A stretch of 18,291 nucleotides of DNA, from the NCBI RefSeq assembly GCF_006345805.1, contig NW_021824563.1, positions 1 through 18,291 of the forward strand. Reading direction: 5' to 3'. Numbering within the stretch: position 1 is the stretch's first letter; each line of letters opens with the position of its first letter. Both the position numbers and the translations under genes were made by a program. This stretch comes from Octopus sinensis (lineage: Eukaryota). A model generated the notes under the pieces. The model worked only from the letters and a program-made list of their open reading frames with translations, was not told where the DNA came from and ran no database searches. Below are positions 8,565 to 18,291 of this stretch, piece after piece.

Positions 8565-9400
8565 GATTGTGGTGGCTGAGGTGGTGGTGGTCGTGGCGGT
8601 AGTGGTGGTGGTGGTGATGGTGTTAATGGCGATATGATATGTACTAGAGATGATAGCGTTATTTTATCATCGTCGTACTCCTCATTATCACCATCATCAT
8701 CTTCATCATCATCATCACCATCATCAGTATCAGCATCATCGTCGTCGTCGTAGTCCATATCGTCGTCGTCATCGTCATCATCATCATCATCATCATTGTC
8801 GTCGTTCTCCTCCTCTTCCTCCTTATTATCGTTGTCATCGTCACCGTCATCGTCACCGTCATCATCATCTTCATTACTGGAAACGACGGTGACCCACACC
8901 ACCACCACTCCCACTCCCGCTGCCACTACAACAACAACACTTACAACCACCTCAGTACCACGACTACCACCACTACGACCACGACCACTACTTACAACAA
9001 CAACTCTAACAACACGAAAGCAAGCAAGCGCAACACCACCCTCGACCTCAACACCACCACCGTCAACAATAGCAGCAACAACAACAACAAAATGATGACC
9101 ACCACCACCAACTGCAGCCACACCAACGACAAGACAACCACCAACACAAGAAGCAACAACATCGACAAAGATAACTGCAACAACAACAAAAACTCAAGCA
9201 AAATTAACACCAACACGACTACCGCCGCTACTACCAACACCGCCCCCATTAGTACCACTGCCACCACCACAACTACCACCACCGCCACCACTGCCACCAC
9301 CGCCACTGCCACCACTACCACCACCACCACTACCACTGCCACCATCACCACCACCGCCACTGCCACCACCACCACCACCACAACCTCCACTGCCACCCCT
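8565..9400 (+). repeat. Degenerate trinucleotide low-complexity block: (GGT), (CAT/CGT), (ACC/ACA)
   Basis: Read directly; explains the poly-H/T/D/V ORFs on both strands. Confidence 0.9.
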
Positions 9401-9469
9401 GCTATTCTGTATACATCACAGTTGTCATTCAGCTAATCTCAACAGATTGAGAAATTCCCACACAATCAA

Positions 9470-9703
9470 TATGTGGTGGCTGCGGTTGTAGTGGTGGCGG
9501 TGCGGATGTGTTGCGGTTGTAGTAGAAGCAGCCGGTGCGAATAGTGGGTGTTGCTGTGGTAGTAGTAGTGTGTGTGTGAGTGTGTGATTATGTGTGCGCG
9601 TGTGTGTTGTGGCGTGGCGTGTAATGGTAGATGGTAATGATGGTAATGATGGTGATGACCATGACGACCACGACGACGACGTTGATGATGATGATGATGG
9701 TGG

Positions 9704-9736
<33 letters not shown>

Positions 9737-9767
9737 CGATGATGATGATGATGACGACGACGATGAA

Positions 9768-9816
<49 letters not shown>

Positions 9817-10630
9817 TTGATGAGTTTCCTTCTGATAGTGGCTTGTATAGTGATGATGGCTCTATTGCTAATACATTTGTTTCTCTTGTAAATGTTGTCG
9901 GTGTTGTCGCCGAACGTCGTTGTTGCTATTTTTCCAGTCATTCCTCTTGGTGTTATTGTTGTTGTTGCTATTAATGTTGTTACTGCTGTTGTTGGTGGTG
10001 CTAATCTTACCGATGGTGCAAATGCTAGCGCTGGTGGTAGTGAAGACAGAATAACAGTAACCGTAGTGGTAGTGATGGGGGATGTAGTGGTTCGTATGGT
10101 GGGCTGTAGTAGTGACGGTAGTGACAGCGATTGCGCTTTTGGCAGTAATGCTGGTGGGAGTAATGATGGGGACGGAGTACTGGAGTGGGGAGCCGTTGTA
10201 GTTGTGTTTATGGCAGTGGTGGTGGGGGAGGAGGTAGAGGTAACTGGATTAGGGGTAGTAGTTGTTATTTCGGATGAAGGTGGTGGTGAGGAGGAGGAGG
10301 AGAAGGAAAGAGGAGAAGGAAGAGGATATTTGGGATGATGATGAGGAGGACTACTATTACGCCGACGACAACGATGATGGTGGCCATGATGATGATGATG
10401 ATGATGATGATGATAATGACGATGACGATGACGACAACGACAATGATGAGGATGAAATGGATGATGATGACGATGAAAAGAATGATGATAATGATGATGA
10501 TAATGATGATGAGGAGGAGGCGGAGGTGGAGGTGGGAGAGGATGTGGCGAAGGTTCATGATGGTAGTGTTTGTTGTTTTTGCAGTTGTTGTTCTTGTGGT
10601 GTTGGCGGAGTTGGTGGCGCAGCATCGCTT
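9470..10630 (+). repeat. Degenerate trinucleotide low-complexity block: (GAT/GAC), (GGT/GTT/GTA), (GAG)
   Basis: Read directly; explains the 377-aa minus-strand ORF and the poly-D ORFs. Confidence 0.9.
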
Positions 10631-10839
10631 CTGGATACAAAGGGAGAAGAGAGATGTAGAAAAATAGAGGAGTTTGTGAAGAGAAGGTGGTGTATGTATC
10701 TATATACGTGTGACTCTTCATATGTGTGCGTGTCTCTGTGTGTGTGTACGCTCTTGTGTGTAATTAATATCAAACATTTTCACACATAAATTGCTGTGAA
10801 CACAGGTGTGTGTGTGTCTTTGCACGTGTGTCTTCGTGA

Positions 10840-11278
10840 ATATGTTGGTATGTATGCATGCATATATATACATATAATATACTGTATCAGTATCAATATA
10901 TACATTGTCGAATACATTGGACACAATATACACGCACACACACACATACACATATGTATGAGTGTGTATATATATATTTATATATATGAGTATATATATA
11001 TGTGTGTATATATATGTATATATATATATATGGTTTTATATGTGTGTATATGTGTGTATATATGTATAAATATATGACTATATATGTGTGTATGTATATA
11101 TATATATATATGTATATACATATGTGTATATATGTGTGTGTATATTTATATATATATATGTGCGTGCGTGTATATATATGTATATATATAAGTGTATGTG
11201 TGTGTGTGATTGTGTGCGTGCGTGTGTTTGTATGTGTGTGCAAGTACGCGCACGCATGTGTGTGTGTGACTGTGTGAC
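10840..11278. repeat. Compound (TA)/(TG) microsatellite field
   Basis: Read directly. Confidence 0.95.
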
Positions 11279-11788
11279 ACATTCCGTGTTGATTTTCACG
11301 CCATCTTCCACGTCTTAGCAAATATCTCCATTAATGAGATTGACCCAATAATAAGGAGAAGATTTTAAACAAACAAAGCTTTTCAACCCTTGTGCATGTC
11401 TTCTCTGTCTTGAATGCATGGGTGCAGCTGCCTTGCACTCTTTGTGTAAGAGTGGGTGTACGGGGTAGATTGGGGGCCGCGGAGTTGGCATTGAAGGTGT
11501 ACGGAAACATGTGTGTGAGCGCGGAGCATCATTCAGTGCGCGTGTGTACGAGTGTGAGGAGAGAAGGAGGGTGAGAAAGTGGACGGTGTAAGCAGTGGTG
11601 GTAGGGGGCATCGATCCCGTTTATTTGGATTCGATATCTTCTCAATTGTGAAATATCAACACTGGCCTCAAAGAAATACAAACAATTAAAAGATGTATAG
11701 GTGTGGGTGTATATGTGTATGATTATGTGTGTGTTTATAGAAATGGATATGCATATACATCAAACATCCAAACACGCACAGATATATA

Positions 11789-11852
<64 letters not shown>

Positions 11853-12002
11853 ATTATATATATATATATTTATTTATATATGAATGTATATATATGTGTG
11901 TGTGTATGTATGAATATATATATGTAGATATATTTCAGTGTGTGACACACATAGATAACGTATATATGTTTGAATTTGTAATTTGCTTGTATTTATGTAT
12001 TC

Positions 12003-12035
<33 letters not shown>

Positions 12036-12242
12036 TATACATATAAACATACATAGATATGTTTATATAAATATCTATGTATATGCATGTACATATATAT
12101 GTGAGAACAAATGTGTGTGCGAGTGTGTGTGTGTGTTTCTGTTTCTGTGTCTCTATATATGTATATTTCTGTTGTGTGTATGTTCACGATTGTGTGGAAA
12201 AAGTAAACGAAAGAACCACGGGAAGAGTGAAGAGGTTAAGCT

Positions 12243-12310
<68 letters not shown>

Positions 12311-12421
12311 GAGACAGAGACAGACAGACAGACAGACAGACGGACTGCAGACAGATAGATAGACATAAAGCGGCACGCTGAAAGAAACGGGATGAAACAG
12401 ACAGGCAGAGCAGGAAATAAG

Positions 12422-12475
<54 letters not shown>

Positions 12476-12570
12476 AACACATATATGTGTTTATATATAT
12501 ATACATACATGCATATATTCATGTATATATACATATGTCTGTGTGTGTTTATTATATATATATACATATA

Positions 12571-12607
<37 letters not shown>

Positions 12608-12645
12608 CTACATATGTATATGTGTGTACGTAAGTATGTGTGTGC
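11789..12645. repeat. Compound field: (TCTG), (CT), (TA), (TG), (GA)n at ~12248-12300, (GACA), (CA)
   Basis: Read directly. Confidence 0.93.
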
Positions 12646-13183
12646 GAAGAGAGAAAAAATAAAGAGGAAGAAGATAAAAATGAAGAAAAGATGGATATAA
12701 AAAATATAAATTAAAACAACAGAAAAAAACTTGACAAATAATGCTAAAATATATACAAAAACCTAAATAGAGAAATAATGATGACATAAAGACAAGGATA
12801 TCTTTTTTAACAAGTTTAAAATGGCCGAGAACCTGGGAAAAAATTTACACAAAAGACCGCTAGTCATCCGCCATTTTAACTGACATGTTAACTTCTGTTG
12901 TGTAACGTTTACACAAATTTAGTGCCAGGAAAAAGATTGCACCAAATATATGTGTGTATATGTTCCACTGAGTGTGTTTGTGTGTGTGTGTCTGTGTTTT
13001 TGTGTGTGTATGTGTGTATGTGTGTGTGCGTATGAGAGAGAGAGAGACAGAGAGAGCCAGTGTCTCTGTGTATGTCAATGGATGGATGTGTGAAGAGAAC
13101 GAATTGAGAATTTACGATAAAGATATAAAGATTGGATACATTTTTTCAATAAATGAATTCCAACTTGTTTATTTAGTTAATAT

Positions 13184-13217
13184 ATTATTATTGTTATTAT
13201 TGTTATTATTATTATCA

Positions 13218-13251
<34 letters not shown>

Positions 13252-13440
13252 CATTATTATTATTATTATTATTATTATCATTATTATTATTATTATTATT
13301 ATTATGAATATTGTTGTTGTTATTGTTGTTGTTGTTATTAATTTTATTGTCGTCGTAGCTGTTTTCGTTGTTACTGGTGTTATTATTTAATTTACACATA
13401 AATCTCTATATGATCTATAGTAAAATATACACATATATAT

Positions 13441-13475
<35 letters not shown>

Positions 13476-13631
13476 AGATATATATATATATATATAGTAT
13501 ATATACATATGTATATATATGCGTACATATACATAATATATAATACATACATACATATACGTATATACGTATTATCTAAATATGTACATACACAGATATA
13601 CACACAATGCACCCCCATAAATAAATATATG

Positions 13632-13674
<43 letters not shown>

Positions 13675-13715
13675 ATATATATATATTATATATATATATA
13701 TATACACACACACAT
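13184..13715. repeat. (TTA)n/(TTG)n, then (TA)n and (CT)n microsatellites
   Basis: Read directly. Confidence 0.93.
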
Positions 13716-14115
13716 ATAGTCTTTATCAGCCGTAGTTTGAGTTATATAATAATCATTACATTTTACTTTAATTTTCGTCTGATAATTTTTTTCATCGTTT
13801 AATTAAATTTTGTTTTCATTTTTATGAAGGGAAGTGCGTCGAGGAATGGTGTGAATGGATTGCACGAAAATTATCATTGCTTGTTTGGTCTTTTAATTTG
13901 AATTTTATTTTTATATTTCTTTCTTTGTTATTTCTCTCTTTTTAATATTGACGTTAAGTCTTAGAATTAAGAAAGGTCGTGGTGAAGAGCCGATTGTTTT
14001 CCTTGTCTCATTGATAAAGAGGCTATATGATTTTTGTCCGACACAATACGCATCCAGAGAGCTCTGCTTCTGGGCGGGTGTTTCTGAGGGTTGCGCGTGT
14101 GTTTTTCTACACATC

Positions 14116-14331
14116 GGCAGAATCGTTAGCACGCCGGGCGAAATACGTAGCCGTACGCCTGCCGGTACGTTCTGAGATCAAATTCCGCCGTGGTCGACTT
14201 TGCCTTTTATCCTTTCAGGGTCGATAAATTAAGTACCAGTTACGCACTAGGATCGATGGAATTGACTTAATCCGTTTGTCTGTCCGTGTTTGTTCCCTCT
14301 GTGTTTAGGCCCTTGTAGGTAGTAAAAAACA
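14116..14331 (+). mobile_element. SINE family 1 (tail type A), slightly 5'-truncated
   Basis: GGCAGAATCGTTAGCACGCCGGGCGAAAT...GATCAAATTCCGCCG...GGGTCGATAAATTAAGTACCAGTTACGCAC...CCCTTGTAGGTAGTAAAAAACA. Confidence 0.9.
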
Positions 14332-14439
14332 TATATGTGTGCCTTCATTTGTTCGTATGTACGTGTCTGCGCATGTACTCATGTATGTATGTGTCTGTGT
14401 GTGTGTGTGTCGGTGTGTCTGTGTTTGCGTATGTGTGTA

Positions 14440-14470
<31 letters not shown>

Positions 14471-15150
14471 GCAGTTTACTTCTTTCAGCTGCTATTTACA
14501 TGTTTGCGTATCCGTGTGTCTGAGTGTGTACAAATTATTTTAAGATGCATACAACTAAATGTACCAACTAATAACTAATAGGCATACACCTATGTATAAC
14601 ACTGTGTATATGATTAGCCATGATAGATGTGTGCCACCGGAGGTAGAGGAAGAAGGATAACCTCTTCAGTGGGATGTGTGCTACCGAGCAAGGTATTGAA
14701 GCCCCTCCCAGTGAAAGTGATGAAGAATATATGTTCTATCTCAGAGGCGGGGTTATTGACAGTTTCATGGAGAATAATATGGATAGTCGGGTACTGGGAG
14801 ACCTGACTTGTATTGACAGCCCAAAGTGGCCTCCGCAGGTGGCTGCTCTGGTGCTGGAAAGAAAGTACTGTGATCTTATAATTATAGAATTATTTTTTGG
14901 AACCCCGGATTGCGGTTGCAGAAATGCCTGCAGGTTGCAAGAAAATTACTCGGGGTCGGATTGTAGAAGTTTATCGCCTCCAATTTATGCATAAATTGTG
15001 TTTTGTAATTGTAGAGACTTTTTAGTCCAAATATTTGGTATTTTAAATTGTAAGAGGGTTAATACTTCTGTATATGCGTTTTTAAAGAACAATGTTTTAG
15101 AGAAGCAGAGCGTCAGCGGGCGCTTTCTGTTTTCTCCCATCTTTATCATA

Positions 15151-15164
15151 CAGCGGTACATATT

Positions 15165-15197
<33 letters not shown>

Positions 15198-15246
15198 GGC
15201 CCCTGCGCAAGGATGACACGCAAATTCGTGAAGCGTTCCATATTTT
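15151..15246 (+). pseudogene. U6: U6 snRNA retrocopy lacking about the first 10 nt
   Basis: 15158-15246 matches metazoan U6 nt 18-106 as I recall the human sequence, with one mismatch. It includes ACAGAGA (15181-15187), the AGC triad (15193-15195), the internal stem-loop and terminal CCATATTTT. GCGGTAC looks like the 3' arm of the 5' stem, whose 5' arm is missing. There is no TATA about 30 nt upstream. Confidence 0.93.
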
Positions 15247-15247
15247 C

Positions 15248-15481
15248 AAAAGCGGCGTGCTGGCAGAAACGTTAGCACGCTAGGCAAAATGCGTAGCCGT
15301 ATTTCATCTGTCGTTACGTTCCGAGTTCAAATTCCGCCGAGGTCGACTTTGCCTTTCATCCTTTCGAGGTCGATAAATTAAGTACCAGTTACGCACTGGG
15401 GTCGATATAATCGACTTAACCCATTTGTCTGTCCTCGTTTGTCCGCTCTGTGTTTAGCTCCTTGTGGGTAGTAAAGAAATA
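15248..15481 (+). mobile_element. Full-length SINE family 1 (tail type A) fused to the U6 3' end
   Basis: AAAAGCGGCGTGCTGGCAGAAACGTTAGC head, B box GTTCAAATTC (15325-15334), conserved body, and tail GTGGGTAGTAAAGAAATA. It is collinear with the copy at 951-1185. Confidence 0.93.
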
Positions 15482-15676
15482 TATCATTTTGGTATCATAA
15501 TCATTCGCCTCATCAATGTCTATGTCCAGGCCGCAAAGCTACATTATCTATGTGCTTCTGATACGGCAAATTTAATGAATAAGCGTGGCCATGTTAGATA
15601 TGGAGAGAAGAAACCATGAGAACTAAGAGAAATTTGGACGGATATGTAAAGACAACGATATGGTTGGAGAGTGAAG

Positions 15677-15726
<50 letters not shown>
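15677..15726. repeat. (GATA)n microsatellite, possibly the tail or target of the adjacent LINE fragment
   Basis: Read directly. Confidence 0.95.
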
Positions 15727-15892
15727 TATTGTTTCTTTATTAGCCACACAGGGCTGCACACAGATAGAACAAATTACAAGTAGAGCTTTCTTTTGAAGGT
15801 ATTAAAAAAAAAAAAAAAAAAAAAAAGGAAGGGGGGGGAGGTTCGTCAAAGGGATCGCAAAAGGAGGAAAGAGGACAAAAATAAGGGGGGTT

Positions 15893-15923
<31 letters not shown>

Positions 15924-16210
15924 AGAGGAAAAAAATGATCAATAGGGATCGTTATCACAGAAATGTCAATATGAAGTGTAAAGGGGAGGACAGGTGAGGT
16001 TTACCCGTGGAAAGAAAAGCCTGCGAAAAGACCACGGTAACCTCGGTCAATGAAGTCACATTTTATATTTCTTTTTTTTTTTTTTTTTTTTTTTGGCAAA
16101 TAAGCAACTCTCTGTTTTCGATTTCTGGGTTCATAGGACTATGCTCAAGGTGGCTTCGTCATTCATACGTGCCATTCTTGCTACATTCACCCATCTTTTT
16201 TTAAAACGAG
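15727..16210 (-). mobile_element. 3'-terminal fragment of a LINE, probably L1/Tx1 clade
   Basis: The minus strand carries a coding remnant RFKKRWVNVARMARMNDEATLSIVL* (16208-16131), resembling the F..RW C-terminus of L1/Tx1 ORF2 (recollection). Then come a ~400-nt UTR with poly-T/poly-C tracts, AATAAA, and a (TATC)n tail. The terminal 43 nt match the SINE tail A. Confidence 0.55.
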
Positions 16211-16431
16211 GGAGAGAGAGAGAGAGGCAGATAGATTGCAAGACAGAGAGATAGGGAAAGAGATACATAGATAAATATATAGACAGGTGGATAGACAGAC
16301 AGACAGGAAAACAAACAATCAGGCAGACAAGCAAGCGGACAGACAGGCACACCGAGAGGTATAGAGAGGGAAAAGCAGAGAGATATCAAAGAGACAGGCC
16401 GACAGACAGACAGATAAACAGACAGACCGAT

Positions 16432-16499
<68 letters not shown>
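16211..16499. repeat. Degenerate (GA)/(GACA)/(GATA)n field ending in ~17 perfect GATA units
   Basis: Read directly. Confidence 0.92.
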
Positions 16500-16544
16500 G
16501 TATATTAAGATAGAGATATATAAATAAACCTAGAAAGAGAGCAT

Positions 16545-17015
16545 ACAAAGAAATACACATACACATATATATATATATATATACATAGATACATATATAT
16601 ATACGCACAAAGCATGTACAACATACATGCATATATAAATACATGCATAAATAGATATATGTACACATACATGCATACATACATATATACATACATACAT
16701 GCATACGTACATGAATATATGCATACGTGCATACGTACATACATATATGCATACATGCATACATACATATATGCATACGTACATTCATACATACTTACAT
16801 ACACACACACATAATTACAGTAATTTGATAAATTTATATTACAATTGCTATAGAATGTATTGTTTAAGGTATATATAGAATCTGGAATGAATATCAGTAT
16901 GAAGGTGAATATACAAAGGATTCATTAGACAATCGTGCAACCTACAGAAAGGGTTAGATAGCAACATTAGACGAATATCGCGAGATACATACATACATAT
17001 ATACATACGTACATT

Positions 17016-17046
<31 letters not shown>

Positions 17047-17155
17047 GCGTGTGTATGTGTGTGTGTATATGTATGTATATACATTTGTGTATATATGCAT
17101 GTACACATTTATTCATATATGTGCGTGTATGTACGTATATATGTATATATTATAT

Positions 17156-17209
<54 letters not shown>

Positions 17210-17447
17210 TGTGTGTGTGTGCTTTGTGTATATATATGTTTATGTATATGTACATGCATATATATATATGTGTGTATGTGTGTATTTGCATATATATATG
17301 TGTGTGTATATACATGTATGCACAACAAATGCTTATGTTATACATACTGTATCTATTTTGTATTGTCTTACATTATGCACATATGCGCGTATGCGTGCGT
17401 ATATATGTGTGCGCATCTCATATATATTTGTGTGTATGTATGCGTGC

Positions 17448-17490
<43 letters not shown>

Positions 17491-17660
17491 GTATGTATGT
17501 ATATACACATACATACACTCACATGCATAAAGAGAGTGATACGTAAGCGTATACATATATACATATACATATGAATATGAATATACACACATATATATAT
17601 ACATTTTAGATATTCAGGAAGTTAATTTCCATAAGCATACTATATATATATATATACATG
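16545..17660. repeat. Compound (TA)/(TACA)/(TGCA)/(TG) microsatellite field
   Basis: Read directly; the source of the many IYIY/VCVC ORFs. It is interrupted by AT-rich unique sequence at ~16810-16985. Confidence 0.92.
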
Positions 17661-18152
17661 AAAACATCCATATATAGACGCACTCATAGATGCATAAATG
17701 TTTGTGTGAGTGTGTGTTGGTTGGTATGTTGTTTCTTAAGCAAAAATGTATGTATATGTGTGCTTTCGTTAGTGTGCGTATATGTGTGTATATATGTGTG
17801 GCTGTACATATACAATGAGTGTGTGTGTATGTGTGTATTTTCATTTTGTATGTAATGCAGTTTCGTCTTGTCTATATATTTCCTAATTATTCTCGCCTCT
17901 ATAGTTCGTGATATAGATTCTATTAATCCTTTAATCCATCAATCTATTGATTGCTTCAGTCAATGAAGATAAACAATACAACACTTGGAATAAAGAAGGC
18001 AGATTACCTTTCAGTATTACTCTCGGTATATTATGTTATTGTCTTCTTATATTATATTTTATTCTCTATCTTTTAACTTCCTATATTTCTAGGATTGTAT
18101 TTGTGGCTGTCTACATATATATCAATTTATTTATCTTCATATTTATTTGCCT

Positions 18153-18225
<73 letters not shown>
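18153..18225. repeat. (TCTA)n microsatellite, ~18 units
   Basis: Read directly. Confidence 0.97.
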
Positions 18226-18291
18226 AACTATATATATATATCTATATATATATCTATACATATATATATATATTTGTCTGTCTATCTTTCT

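Noticed and set aside
8528-9436. Poly-D, poly-H, poly-T and poly-V ORFs on both strands
   Set aside because: Simple-repeat artefacts with overlapping open frames.
9588-10721. 377-aa His/Thr/Pro-rich minus-strand ORF (mucin-like)
   Set aside because: It derives from degenerate triplet repeats whose minus strand lacks stop codons; several overlapping frames are also open and there is no recognisable domain.
11285-11640. GC-richer unique island as a promoter or exon
   Set aside because: No motif, ORF homology or structure that I can support from sequence alone.
10718-13802. Numerous [12 protein letters not shown] ORFs (likewise at 16201-17855)
   Set aside because: Translations of dinucleotide and tetranucleotide microsatellites.
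13906-14110. Possible internal exon after a polypyrimidine tract and AG at ~13963
   Set aside because: The one open frame has no recognisable homology, no convincing donor site was found, and it runs into a SINE.
14674-14994. 106-aa ORF as a host exon or gene
   Set aside because: No recognisable motif and no supporting splice or neighbouring exon evidence; kept only as a weak repeat-remnant observation.
15141-15246. Functional U6 snRNA gene
   Set aside because: The 5' arm of the 5' stem-loop is replaced by unrelated sequence, there is no TATA box about 30 nt upstream of the expected start, and it is fused to a SINE. A retrocopy fits better.
15248-15340. tRNA genes at the SINE heads
   Set aside because: A and B boxes are present, but there is no cloverleaf or anticodon arm and the sequence continues into the SINE body.
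1-18291. CRISPR array, prokaryotic operon or defence system
   Set aside because: No repeat-spacer array; composition and elements are clearly eukaryotic.

Overview
AT-rich, microsatellite-dense eukaryotic non-genic DNA. The tRNA-derived SINE families resemble those I recall from octopus, so a coleoid cephalopod is inferred but not proven. I find no host protein-coding gene; almost all ORFs in the track are simple-repeat artefacts. The window contains: (i) a near full-length but disrupted R4/Dong-clade non-LTR retrotransposon (RT, CCHC zinc knuckle, restriction-like endonuclease) at ~3796-7775, flanked by (TAA)n; (ii) a decayed ~1.3 kb mariner at ~1870-3195; (iii) seven tRNA-type SINE copies from two families, one nested antisense in another with a 15-bp target-site duplication (TSD); (iv) a 5'-truncated U6 snRNA copy (15151-15246) fused to a full-length SINE (15248-15481), with a candidate TSD around the whole unit; (v) the 3' end of a probable L1/Tx1-type LINE (15727-16210, minus) whose terminal 43 nt match that SINE's tail without gaps. 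Items (iv) and (v) are the best candidates for undescribed biology: a SINE-LINE partner pair whose machinery may also make U6 chimeras.
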